A DNA stretch of 59,473 bases. Source: an uncultured Enterobacteriaceae bacterium (GTDB lineage Bacteria; Pseudomonadota; Gammaproteobacteria; Eutrophobiales; Eutrophobiaceae). The notes under the pieces were generated by a model. That model was not told where the DNA came from and searched no databases. It saw nothing but the letters and a program-made list of their open reading frames with translations. The position numbers and the translations under genes were made by a program. This document shows positions 48,248 to 58,988 of this stretch, piece after piece (position 1 is the first letter of the stretch; each line of letters begins with the position of its first letter). Location: positions 1-59,473 of the forward strand of contig CAZDXS010000157.1 in the NCBI GenBank assembly GCA_964509455.1. Reading direction: 5' to 3'.

Positions 48248-49784
48248 TCTTTCTTACCCAGCGGTAAACGCACTTGCGGATTTCCCGCCTGCCGAATTTC
48301 GCCATTTGCTGGCTGGAGTTCCCCTTGCCGCGCGGCAACATCCACAGGTCGGCGCAGGCAAACCCGCACTGCTCCGCAAAGTCCGACAGGATGAAGTCAA
48401 CCGGCACTTCCTCGCCGTGGTACTGCACGTTGTCGTTCACCATGACGACCACGCCGCCGGGGCGCACCACCCTGCCCAGCTCCGCGATGACAATCGCCAT
48501 TTCGAAGAAGTAGCCTTCCAGCAGGCGTATGACGTGCTTGTTGCTCAGTTCCTCGGCCTTTTCTTGCAAGATGCTGAGAATTTCCTGCAGGGCCGGCTGC
48601 TCCTGGTGCATGGCGCAGGCTTGTTGCAGTATGCGGTCATCGTCGGCGTAGATGCGCCGCAGCCACTCCCGCTTGCTTTTGTTCTCGACGGTCGCCGTCA
48701 GCAGGCTTTGCCGGAGCCGGGAGAAGCCCGCCTGGTCGAGCCCCAGCCATGCCAGCTCCAGGGCGTAGGTTCGCGTGTAGTCGTACCGGTTGGCGTAGGG
48801 CGGCGAGGTCATCACCATGTCGAACCGGCCGGTCGGTTGTTGTCTGAGCAACTCCAGGCAGGAGCCGTTCAGCAGGTCCGGGCGCCCGCGCCGACGCATC
48901 TCTTTGAAAACCGATATGTCCTGCAAGATGTCGGACAGCCGGTCTTTCAGCGCTTGCTGGAAAGGGACGATGGGGCCAACGTCAAACTTCGCGCGCAACG
49001 AGCGCCCGGCGCGATAGTCCCAGCGCAGGTATTGCCCGTCTTTGCGGGTGAAACTGGCGGCTTCCAGTCCCGTCATGCACGCCAGGTCCAGCAACAACTT
49101 GACTTCCGGATCATCCGCCCCGGCCAGGAAGCGGCGGGCTTTGGCTATCTCTGCTTCCGCGGCGTCGGAAAAAGCGTGCTTCGTGATGTTGACATGGGGG
49201 AACGCAAACCGCGCCGGGGCGCGTTCCGCAGAAGCGACTTCCCGCAACAGCGCATCGCCGGCGCGGCGCAACTTCGTCGCCGATGCGCCGTTGGCCGCGC
49301 GGGCGATCCCCCGCCCCACCTGGATGCCCACCGGCATGATTTCAATGCCCGTGCCGTTCAGCCCGTTCCAGGCCGCGGCCAGCGGGGTTGTCGCGATGCC
49401 GGCGAACGGGTCCAGCACTTCCCGCGGGCGATGCTCGTTCAGAAAACGCTCCACCAGCGCCAGCGAAAATCCCTCCTTGTACTTGGCCCAGCGAAAGCCG
49501 GGAACCGCGCGGTTCCCCTGATAGGACACCAGCGTTCGCGTGAGACGCTCATCGACGGACAGCCTGGCGGCAAAACGCTCGTACAGGGCGCGGCGGGCGG
49601 CGGCCTGTCCGCCCGAGAGCGATGCGGCCTTGTTGCCCGGGACGGATGCGCCGGGCTCCTCGAACAGCGGCAGGTTTGTCATTTGCGGACCCGCGGCGGC
49701 GCCTGTCTCATGTTGTCGCCGGTTGCCTGTTGTCGCGGATGTGTGTTTGCTTGCGGCCGCCGGGTGCGCCGGCCGCCGGGTCAT
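48240..49784 (-). CDS. DNA N4-cytosine methyltransferase (alpha order)
   Basis: DPFAGIATT (motif I variant) precedes TSPPY (motif IV); ATG at 49784 overlaps the DUF2783 stop (alternative 49682). Confidence 0.85.
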   Translation of the reverse strand: MTRRPAHPAAASKHTSATTGNRRQHETGAAAGPQMTNLPLFEEPGASVPGNKAASLSGGQAAARRALYERFAARLSVDERLTRTLVSYQGNRAVPGFRWAKYKEGFSLALVERFLNEHRPREVLDPFAGIATTPLAAAWNGLNGTGIEIMPVGIQVGRGIARAANGASATKLRRAGDALLREVASAERAPARFAFPHVNITKHAFSDAAEAEIAKARRFLAGADDPEVKLLLDLACMTGLEAASFTRKDGQYLRWDYRAGRSLRAKFDVGPIVPFQQALKDRLSDILQDISVFKEMRRRGRPDLLNGSCLELLRQQPTGRFDMVMTSPPYANRYDYTRTYALELAWLGLDQAGFSRLRQSLLTATVENKSKREWLRRIYADDDRILQQACAMHQEQPALQEILSILQEKAEELSNKHVIRLLEGYFFEMAIVIAELGRVVRPGGVVVMVNDNVQYHGEEVPVDFILSDFAEQCGFACADLWMLPRGKGNSSQQMAKFGRREIRKCVYRWVRKND

Positions 49785-49975
49785 GCGTTTTTCACGTATT
49801 CCAGCACTTCGTCCAGCACCTCCATGTCGCCGATGTGGTTGGCCAGCATCAAGATGACCTTGGCGTTGAGCTTGTGGCTTTCTTCGGACGACAATCCCTC
49901 GTGCAACGCTATCAGGCGGGCGTAGAAGTCGTCCGGGTTGGAAACGCCCAGTTCGGTTCGCAGCCTGCCGGCCAT
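49781..49975 (-). CDS. DUF2783-family protein
   Basis: PDDFYARLIALHEGLS...LNAKVILMLANHIGD. Confidence 0.85.
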   Translation of the reverse strand: MAGRLRTELGVSNPDDFYARLIALHEGLSSEESHKLNAKVILMLANHIGDMEVLDEVLEYVKNA

Positions 49976-50928
49976 CAGTTCCCTTCCAGCGCCTCCCACA
50001 TCTCGGCGTCCCGCTGGGCCGTCCAGATCTGCGGGTCAGTTGTGCCGCCGGCGATGTCGTAGGCGCGGGCCACATTGAACGGCAGGCAGTGGTCGAAGAT
50101 CACCCAGTCGCTAAAGCGCGGCTTCAGTGCATCGTAGGTATCCTGGTAAATCTCTTTCAGGTCTTTTCTCTGGTCCCTGCCGGCCTTGACTTCGTCGTAC
50201 AGGGCGATGATGAAATCGCGGGTGCCCTGGACGCCGTCGCGGATCGTCTCGGGCGTGGTCAGCGCATCGCCGCGCCCCGGCACGACGGCCGCCGGCTCTA
50301 ACGCCAGGATGTTGTCCAGGGTGGCGGGCCAGTCCAGCAGGTAGGCGTCGCCGGTGTAGGGGGTGGCCCCGTATTCCACCAGGTCGCCGCTGTACAGCAC
50401 TTTTTGTTGCGGCAACCAGACCACGGTATCGCCCTTGGTGTGGCCGCGCCCCAGTTGTAAAAACCTGACCTCCATGTCGCCCAGCCACAGCGACATCTCG
50501 CCGCGGAACGTGATGGTGGGCCAGGTCAGCCCCGGTATGCTTTCATGGCCGTTGAACAGCCGGGGGAAGCGCTCAAACTCGGATTGCCAGTCCTGCTCGC
50601 CGCGCTCCACGATGAGGTCGCGGGTGTCCTGGCTGGCGATGATGTGCTCCGGGCCGTAGGCGGCGGCGCCCAACACGCGCACCGCATGGTAATGAGTCAG
50701 CGCCACGTATTTGACGGGCAGGGGCGTCGTCTCGCGGATGAAGTCCAGCACGCGCTGGGCCATGAGCGGCGTGGCCTGCGTGTCCACCACGATTACGCAG
50801 TCGTCGCCGACGATCACGCCGGTGTTCGGGTCGCCCTCGGCGGTGTAGGCGTAGGCGCCGTCCGCCAGCCGGCTGAAAGTGACCTGTTTCTCCTCGGTAT
50901 CCGCCTTGGATGCAAATTCTTTCGCCAT
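49975..50928 (-). CDS. MBL-fold metallo-hydrolase
   Basis: EGDPNTGVIVG, THYHAVR, GRGHTKGD, SGDL, PGRG. Confidence 0.9.
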   Translation of the reverse strand: MAKEFASKADTEEKQVTFSRLADGAYAYTAEGDPNTGVIVGDDCVIVVDTQATPLMAQRVLDFIRETTPLPVKYVALTHYHAVRVLGAAAYGPEHIIASQDTRDLIVERGEQDWQSEFERFPRLFNGHESIPGLTWPTITFRGEMSLWLGDMEVRFLQLGRGHTKGDTVVWLPQQKVLYSGDLVEYGATPYTGDAYLLDWPATLDNILALEPAAVVPGRGDALTTPETIRDGVQGTRDFIIALYDEVKAGRDQRKDLKEIYQDTYDALKPRFSDWVIFDHCLPFNVARAYDIAGGTTDPQIWTAQRDAEMWEALEGN

Positions 50929-51281
50929 TTTGGACTGGTTCTCCTGTCGTTTTGGGTGCGCCCATCATAGACGAATTGCCGCGCTTGGGCAAGCGGACTT
51001 TGGCGCGGCGGGCGGGAGGCGCGCGTCGCCGCGGCAACGTCGGCGCCGCCGCGGCGTTCCGCCGCCGGCATGGCCCGCTGGCGCGGGCGTGCTTACCTGG
51101 TTGCGGCGCTGAATCGGCGCTTGCTCCGATGCCGCGGCGAAGTCCGTTGTTGCGGTGCGCCCCCACCCCTCTCGCGTCATTACTGCCTGCCGTTGCAGTA
51201 GTCGGCGGCGCGGCGGGCGGCGGCGCACGGCGCCGCGGCGTCTTGCCGACGGCATTGCCCGCCGGCGCACCGCAGGCGCAC

Positions 51282-52355
<1,074 letters not shown>

Positions 52356-52733
52356 TCACGCCCCCGCCCGCCAGGTTGCGTGCGCCTCGCAGGGCGCACA
52401 CACATCGTAGCCTGGTGCGGCGGCGAGCCTGGCGCACGGCCACGGCCCCGCCCGCCCTGCCATTCGTGCGGAATATTGTCTCGGTTGGTTCATATCGTTC
52501 TTGCCGGCGCCGCGCAACACTCCTCCGGCCGGCGCGGCCGTGAGGCGGACGAAGCCCTGGTCGCCCCGGCCACGGCGAAGCGCCGGGCGGCCGGCACCGG
52601 GCGTCGGCATCGCCGTCGGCATGGGTTCCGCTACGGGGCTCCTTTCGGTCTTGCGTTGCTATCGGATTCTACAACAGAAAAAATTCCCGTCCAAGCGCAT
52701 GGGCGGCTCTGCTCGCACCGCAACTCGTCTCCG

Positions 52734-54026
52734 TCAGGGTTGCTCGATGTCGTAGTCGGTGAACGGCCGCAGCCCCTCCGCCCAGGCGAACAGCTGTTCG
52801 TCCCGCCCTCGGTCGCAGACCAGTTGCACGCCCACGGGCAGTCCCTGCGCCCCCCGGGTCAGCGGTAGATTCAGGCAGGGGGTTTGCAACAGGGTCCAGA
52901 TGCGGTTGAACGTCGGGTCGCCCGTGTTGTCCAGCCCCGGCGGGGCCGTGTCCGGCGCACTGGGGGTGAGCAACAGGTCGGCCCGGGCGAACACGGCGGC
53001 GAGAAACCGCCGGCCCCGGTCGCGGGCGTCCGCCGGCTCCTTGTCAAGGGAGGCGTCCAGTCGCCGCCCCTGCGCCACCAGGTCCCGGGTCTCCGGCCTG
53101 GTTTTGTCGGGGCATCGGTCCACGACGGGCCCCAAGGAGCGGGCGGCGCCCCGGGCCAGGCATGCATGCAGGGCTTCTGCCAGCCCCTGGAGCAGGTCTT
53201 CGTCCGGCTCAATGACTTCCACGCCGGCCGCCGCCAGTTTCCGGGCAAAGCCGATCACGCTGTCCCGGGTGTGGGCGGAAGCCTCGTCCCACGCCGGCGT
53301 GCGCACCAGGGCGACCGCGGCGGGGCGCACCGCGGGCGGCGCCGCCGGGCGGCGGCCGGACAGCACGCCGTGCAACAGGCGCAGGTCCTCCGGCTCGCGG
53401 GCGAACCCGCCCAGGGTGTCCAACTCCGGCGCCAGCGGATGCACGCCGTCCAGGGAGTAAGCGCCGTAGCTGGGCTTGTAGCCGAAGATGCCGGTATAGG
53501 CCGCCGGGCGGATGATGGACCCCGCGGTCTGCGTCCCCAGGGCCGCGGGCACGTGAAAGTCCGCCACGGCCGCCGCGGAGCCGCTGGAGGAACCGCCCGG
53601 CGTGTGGTCCAGGGCATGGGGATTGGCGGTTTTGCCGGGCGCGTAAAAGGCGAACTCCGTGGTGACCGTTTTTCCCATGATCACCGCGCCCGCCTGTTTC
53701 AGCAGGCGCACGCAGGCCGCGTCCGCGGCGGGGTAGTGGTCCAGGTACGCCTGCGACCCGTAGCCGGTGGGCAGGTTCACGGTGTTGATGATGTCCTTGA
53801 CGCCCACCGGTACGCCGTGCACGGGACTGGACGGCGGCCGCTCATCGCAGGCCCGCGCCTGCGCCAGGGCCTGCTCCGGCTCCAAGTACGCCCAGGCCTT
53901 GAGTTGCGTCTCCCTGGCGTGGATGCGCTCCAAACAGGCGGTTGCCAGGTCAACGGAGGTGAACTTGCCGGCGGCAATGCCCCTGGCGGCGGCCGCCAGT
54001 CCCAGCAGGTGCAACTGCGCCGTCAT
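52734..54026 (-). CDS. Amidase signature family protein
   Basis: GVKD (Lys), PGGSSSGSAAAVA, GTQTAGSIIRPA. Confidence 0.93.
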   Translation of the reverse strand: MTAQLHLLGLAAAARGIAAGKFTSVDLATACLERIHARETQLKAWAYLEPEQALAQARACDERPPSSPVHGVPVGVKDIINTVNLPTGYGSQAYLDHYPAADAACVRLLKQAGAVIMGKTVTTEFAFYAPGKTANPHALDHTPGGSSSGSAAAVADFHVPAALGTQTAGSIIRPAAYTGIFGYKPSYGAYSLDGVHPLAPELDTLGGFAREPEDLRLLHGVLSGRRPAAPPAVRPAAVALVRTPAWDEASAHTRDSVIGFARKLAAAGVEVIEPDEDLLQGLAEALHACLARGAARSLGPVVDRCPDKTRPETRDLVAQGRRLDASLDKEPADARDRGRRFLAAVFARADLLLTPSAPDTAPPGLDNTGDPTFNRIWTLLQTPCLNLPLTRGAQGLPVGVQLVCDRGRDEQLFAWAEGLRPFTDYDIEQP

Positions 54027-54156
54027 AGCGCGCGGATTGGAAGCGGAGCAAATTTTTGTATGATATGCCGCATACCTGGATTATAATGACACAATGCGTT
54101 GCCTGGAGCATCGCCATTGTAAACCCAACAACACACATTAATGTAAGGAGCATGAG

Positions 54157-54639
54157 ATGAAGCTATCTAATCTTGTTCTTGCCGCCGCGGTATTGGCGCT
54201 TTCGGGTTGCACGGAATCAGGGCCGCCGGCTTTGAAAGTGGATAAGTCCGTGTACGTCGACGCCCCGTTTGACCGGGTGTGGAGCGAACTGAGCCCTTTC
54301 TGCGCCATCAGCGACTGGCATCCCGCCGTGACCGGTTGCGAAGAACGCGATGAAAACGGTTCCTCGTTTCGGATTCTCACCCTGGGAGACGGCGCCCAGA
54401 TCAAGGAAAAACACCTGAAAGATCTGGATAACGGCTACGCCTACTCGATCATCGAAGGGCCGTTGCCGGTGAAAAACTACAACGCCAGCTTCGAGATCGA
54501 CAAGCAGGGCGAGGGCGCGAGAATTACCTGGAAGACGTCTTTCCATGCCGCCGAGGGCGCCGGCGACAGCGAGGCGACGGACGTCATCTCCGGTGTTTTC
54601 GATGCCGGCCTTGCCGAAATCAAGAAGCGCTTTATGTAA
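54157..54639 (+). CDS. SRPBCC/polyketide cyclase (MxaD-like) lipoprotein
   Basis: LALSGC lipobox; ISDWHPAV, RILTLGDG, YSIIEGPLPVKNY. Confidence 0.8.
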   Translation: MKLSNLVLAAAVLALSGCTESGPPALKVDKSVYVDAPFDRVWSELSPFCAISDWHPAVTGCEERDENGSSFRILTLGDGAQIKEKHLKDLDNGYAYSIIEGPLPVKNYNASFEIDKQGEGARITWKTSFHAAEGAGDSEATDVISGVFDAGLAEIKKRFM

Positions 54640-55287
54640 CCAGGCGCGGTAGCCGGGCAGGGGCGTGCGGGCGGGTGACCGCGGCGCCCGCCCTTGCGCC
54701 CTCGTCTGATGCAGGCGCCGGCGGCTGCGGCCGCACTCGCGGCGCTTGCGGCGAGGCGGCGCGTTGTGACCGCGGCGGCATAAGGGCGGCCGGCGGCACG
54801 AGTAGTCGTGCGGCGCGGGAGAAAGTCGGGAAGTGAAGGCGCTCGCGGCGAGATGCGGCGCGAAAGTGCGCTCTTGCTCGCATTAACGAGGCGGCTGTTG
54901 CGCCCGCACCCGTAACAACCTTGCTCGCGGCGCGGCGTCAAAAAAGTGCGCCCCGGGGCGCGGCCATGATACTGCCCCCGGCCGGAACCGCGCCCCAAGG
55001 CGGCTTTGTGGAGATAACCCGACCGGGCAGACTCCAGCAAACAGCGTATTCAGTTTTTCCCGTTTTCGATGCCGGGCAACATCTCCCTGCGCGGGGTCTC
55101 CCCCTACCTTGGCGCGTTCGTTGCGCCTGCGGCCGCGCCCGTGCCTGTGGCGCGGCGCAATGCCCGGGGGCGCTCCTGCCGGCATTGGCGGCGCTTGTTG
55201 TGTCCGTAGCCGCGGTTGCGCCAAGCGGATGCCCGGTGCTTGGGCTCTCATGTTGCTCCTGCGCCCGGCGGACACCCGGCGCTTGGG

Positions 55288-55459
55288 CCCTCGCGTTGCC
55301 CCCGCGTTCGGCGGACGCCTGTCGCCTGGGCCCTCGCGTTGCCCCCGCGTTCGGCGGATGCCTGTCGCCTGGCCCCTCGCGTTGCCCCCGCGTTCGGCGG
55401 ATGCCTGTCGCCTGGCCCCTCGCGTTGCCCCCGCGTTCGGCGGACGCCCGGCGCCTGGG
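55288..55459. repeat. 43-bp tandem repeat x4
   Basis: CCCTCGCGTTGCCCCCGCGTTCGGCGGA(C/T)GCC units at 55288, 55331, 55374, 55417. Confidence 0.92.
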
Positions 55460-55480
55460 CGCTCGCGGCGCCCGCGCCCC

Positions 55481-56617
55481 TCAGGTCTCGTCAAATATGT
55501 CCAGCGGCAGGAAGGCGGAGACCACGAAGTTGGGAACGTCCACCATCTCGGAGATCTTCAAATCCACGGCGACGCTGCATATAGCGTAAGCCTGTTGCTC
55601 GTTGTAACCCCGTTCGCCGACCAGGTACTCAATCATGTTAAGCAGGGCGTTGCGCGCCGCCAGGGTGGCGTCTTCCGCTTCCGCCGTGCCGTCCTTGCGG
55701 CAGGACTGGCCGGTGGTAGCGAAAAACCGGCGCGGGGCGGCCGCCGCCGGCGCGTCCGGGGCGGTCTCGCCGTCGCAGTAGAATTGCAGGTCTGTTATGC
55801 CGCCCGCGGCCGCCGCGCCTTTCAACAGGGAAAACGAGCCGTAAAAAGTCGCGCTCATTTCCACCGCCGTGCCGCAACATTCATTGTCCCCCTGGGCAAA
55901 ATGGGCGTCGCCCACTGAAAACAAGGCGCCCGGCACATACACCGGCAGGCGCACTGTGACGCCGGCGGTCAGCTGCTTGACGTCCACGTTGCCGCCGGTC
56001 TCGTGGGGGGCGACGGTGCGTATGGCCCGGGCGGCAATGCCGGGTTGCTGCGGCACCGCATCGGCGGCATCGGGCAACAACACCATCCCGCCGCGGGCCT
56101 GTAAGTCCGCCTCGCGCTGGTTGATCCGCTCCAGCAGCTCGTGGGACGGCGCCGTGCCCATCACGCCCATGAAAGGAGCGCCCGGCAACCGCACGCCGGG
56201 CAGGTCGTCGGACACGGCAAAACCGTCGGCAATGTTCCAGCGGACGATGTGCGGCTCCGTGTAAACATCGCGCAGAAAGCCAAAGCCCGGCACTTGCACG
56301 GTGAAGCCGAACGGTTGCGGCGCCACCTGGTGAATCTTGACCTCCAGCACGTCGCCCGGCGCGGCGCCGTTGACGTACACCGGGCCGGTCAGGGGATGCA
56401 CCCGGTTCAGGTTGACAGCGCCCACCTCCGCCGCCGTGGTGGTCGGCGTTACCTGTCCGTCGAAAGCGTCCCGCGTCTCCATGCCGATGACCTGCCCCGG
56501 GTCCACTTCCGCCGCGGGCTTGATGTCGGGATGCCAGCGGTTGTGCCCCGTTGCCGGCTCCTCGCCCAGGGCGCGGGCGCGGTCAATGCGAATGTACTCG
56601 TTGGCGCTTGTGGTCAT
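55481..56617 (-). CDS. Acetamidase/formamidase family protein
   Basis: HNRWHPDI, HPLTGPVYV, PHETGGNVD, LFSVGDAHFAQGDNE, YAICSVAVDL. Confidence 0.92.
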   Translation of the reverse strand: MTTSANEYIRIDRARALGEEPATGHNRWHPDIKPAAEVDPGQVIGMETRDAFDGQVTPTTTAAEVGAVNLNRVHPLTGPVYVNGAAPGDVLEVKIHQVAPQPFGFTVQVPGFGFLRDVYTEPHIVRWNIADGFAVSDDLPGVRLPGAPFMGVMGTAPSHELLERINQREADLQARGGMVLLPDAADAVPQQPGIAARAIRTVAPHETGGNVDVKQLTAGVTVRLPVYVPGALFSVGDAHFAQGDNECCGTAVEMSATFYGSFSLLKGAAAAGGITDLQFYCDGETAPDAPAAAAPRRFFATTGQSCRKDGTAEAEDATLAARNALLNMIEYLVGERGYNEQQAYAICSVAVDLKISEMVDVPNFVVSAFLPLDIFDET

Positions 56618-56641
56618 GGCGGGGCGGTTTCTCCCAGGTTG

Positions 56642-57130
56642 TTATTTTGAGGGCGCCGGCTGCGGCGCGGGCATGGGCGCATCATGGTACGGTACGACTT
56701 TCTTCACATCCAGGACCAGGTGCTTGATTTTCCAGCCGTTCGCGGCGCGCGCGAAATCGCACTCGTAGGTGGCGGCCAACCAGTGGTCGCGTTCTGCGCC
56801 GGTCTCCTCGCGCATGGCGGCCAGCTCCCACAGCCACCAGAAAGCGTGGGCGGAATCCAGGTCTGCGGCAAGATCGATGATGGGAGAAACCGGAAAGTGC
56901 AAGGACCAGGTGATCCTCTCTCTGCCGATTTTCGCAAGTTCTGCGGCAATTATGTCCCCTCCGACGAATTTTCCGAAGCCTTTTGCCTCCCAAACCGCAT
57001 TTTCTGCTAATAATGGGCGTATTTTTGCAGGATTATTGCGTTCGTCTCCCGCCCGGGCGTACCGGGCGATGACGCCCCGTATGTCTTCCGCCGCCGCCAG
57101 CCGCGCCACTTGCCGCTCCAGTTCGGTCAT
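56642..57130 (-). CDS. SnoaL-like/NTF2-fold protein
   Basis: LAAAEDIRGVIARYAR, YECDFAR...WKIKHL. Confidence 0.8.
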   Translation of the reverse strand: MTELERQVARLAAAEDIRGVIARYARAGDERNNPAKIRPLLAENAVWEAKGFGKFVGGDIIAAELAKIGRERITWSLHFPVSPIIDLAADLDSAHAFWWLWELAAMREETGAERDHWLAATYECDFARAANGWKIKHLVLDVKKVVPYHDAPMPAPQPAPSK

Positions 57131-57142
57131 GGTCGGCGCCGC

Positions 57143-57490
57143 TCAGTGCGGGTCATCGCCGTGCACGGCAATGAAGCGCTTTTCTTCGAAGCTGTGCGGC
57201 ACGTCCGGGTCGCCGTCGTACAACTCGACGTTGGGCGCGATTTCCGCTTGCATCAGCGCCAGGTCAAACAGGCGCGCGGACCGCTCGGGCAGCTTCCCCA
57301 GGGGGTACTCGTCCACGTGTTCCAGGATGCGCTCTAGGTGCGGCAGTACGGCGTTGTAAAAGGCGATCAGCTCCTCCCGGGTGGACGCCAGCCGCTTGTC
57401 CCAGCGGCTGTTCTGCGTGGGCAAGGCCCATTCCTCCGCCCAGCTTTCCAGCTCGGCGAAGCCCTCGGGCAACCGCTTAGCCGCCGCCAT
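57143..57490 (-). CDS. Conserved hypothetical protein (115 aa)
   Basis: Overlaps the Rieske gene stop, 12 bp from the next gene; LPEGFAELESWAEEWAL...FYNAVLPHLE. Confidence 0.7.
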   Translation of the reverse strand: MAAAKRLPEGFAELESWAEEWALPTQNSRWDKRLASTREELIAFYNAVLPHLERILEHVDEYPLGKLPERSARLFDLALMQAEIAPNVELYDGDPDVPHSFEEKRFIAVHGDDPH

Positions 57491-58685
57491 TCAGGTACTT
57501 CTCCAGCACGTGGTAGCCGTGCCTGACGAGTATCTCCTCGTCGTGCAGGTTCATATACTCCTTGCTGCCGGACTTGAGGGAGAAAAACGTACCCTCCATG
57601 GTCGCCGTGTCTTCCAGCCAGGCGTTGCGTTGCAACACCATGGCGTGCTCCAGCGCCCACTTCTCGCTGTTGGTGGTGGGCGCCTTCACGTAATATTTCC
57701 CCTCCCACAGGCAACGCTCGCAGCCAATGGGCCAGAACTGGTGGGTGAACCAGATGCCTTCCGCTACGTGCAACAGCCAGTTGGGAAAGAACACGCTCAG
57801 CTCGAACGCGTAATCATCGCGCCGCTCGTCGTTCAGGGTGGGCGGCAGGATGGTCTCGTTGATGTTGTTCACCAGCGAGCCCCGGGCCTTGACCTGGGCC
57901 AGGGCGGCCACGGGCGGCGTCTCCCGGGGCGGGTTGAAGCACACCGCGGTGGTGCGATGGTCGCCTAGCAGTTTGATCATCTGCAAGCCGATTGAGAACG
58001 TGCCGGGGAACGAGCCCGCGTGGATGGTGTTTACGTGGTAGGCCTCGGAAAAAGCGTCCAGCCCCACTTTCCAGTTGCAGTTGAGATAGGTGTAGTAGGT
58101 GAAGTTATGGCTGATCTCGCCGTAGGGGAACCCGGCGAAATGCTTGCCCATATCGCCCAGGTACTCGCGCAGTCCCACGGCGGGGTTCTCGTCCAGGTTG
58201 ATGAAAATGAAGCCCTCCCAGGTGTCGCAACTGATGGGCGCCAGGCCGTTTTCGGACTTTTGGAAGCAGGGCGGCATGCCGGCTTCTTCTTGCACGCCGA
58301 TGAGTTCGCCCTGGTCGTTGTAGGTCCAGGCGTGGAAGCGGCAACTGAACGCCGCCCGGCGCCCGAAGTTGTCCCACTCGCCCTCGGGCACGACCACCGT
58401 GTTTCCCCGATGGGAGCAGGTGTTGTGGAATGCGCGAATCTCGCCGTCCTTGCCGCGCAGCAACAACACCGAGGTGGAGGCGAAATCCAGTCGCTTTAGC
58501 TTGTAGCAACCCGGTTCCGGCAACTCCTCCTCCCTGCCGGCGTGCAACCAGGTTTTTTTGAAGACCCGCTCCATTTCCCGCTCATAGACCTTTTCCGAGA
58601 TGCAGGACTCGACGGGAACAGGGGCCTCGCCCAGCCAGGGATACTCCCCGGCCCAGCGCCGCCCTTCGGTTGCGGTCGCGCACAT
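57477..58685 (-). CDS. Rieske non-heme iron ring-hydroxylating oxygenase alpha subunit
   Basis: CSHRG...CRFHAW Rieske ligands; NWK, EAYHVNTIH, ED iron ligands. Confidence 0.94.
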   Translation of the reverse strand: MCATATEGRRWAGEYPWLGEAPVPVESCISEKVYEREMERVFKKTWLHAGREEELPEPGCYKLKRLDFASTSVLLLRGKDGEIRAFHNTCSHRGNTVVVPEGEWDNFGRRAAFSCRFHAWTYNDQGELIGVQEEAGMPPCFQKSENGLAPISCDTWEGFIFINLDENPAVGLREYLGDMGKHFAGFPYGEISHNFTYYTYLNCNWKVGLDAFSEAYHVNTIHAGSFPGTFSIGLQMIKLLGDHRTTAVCFNPPRETPPVAALAQVKARGSLVNNINETILPPTLNDERRDDYAFELSVFFPNWLLHVAEGIWFTHQFWPIGCERCLWEGKYYVKAPTTNSEKWALEHAMVLQRNAWLEDTATMEGTFFSLKSGSKEYMNLHDEEILVRHGYHVLEKYLNGGG

Positions 58686-58750
58686 AATAGCGCACCCCCC
58701 TTTATGCGTGTGATGAAGTGGGTTATTATAGCCGCAAATCCGCGCCAATG

Positions 58751-58930
58751 GAACGGGGCGCGAAGTCGCCGCCCCGCCGCGGCGGAGTGCGCGTCAGCGG
58801 CGCCGGCGGGAACGGGGCGCAGTCCCGCCTCTTCCGCTACGGCGGGGTGCAGATTGTCGACGCCGGCAGAAACGGGGCGCGAAGTCGCCGCCGCGGCGGA
58901 GTGTGCGTCAGCGGCGCCGGCAGGCGCGAA
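58751..58930. repeat. Imperfect ~59-bp tandem repeat x3 in a divergent intergenic region
   Basis: AACGGGGCGC(GA)AGTC...CGCCGGC units near 58751, 58810, 58870. Confidence 0.8.
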
Positions 58931-58988
58931 GCAAGAACAACAACCAACGGCAAGAACGGCAACAAGACCAACAGGGGGGAACGCCGCC

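Noticed and set aside
49785-50075. N-terminal part of the 611-aa MTase ORF call
   Set aside because: It overlaps DUF2783 and the MBL gene in another frame; the coupled ATG at 49784 is the better start
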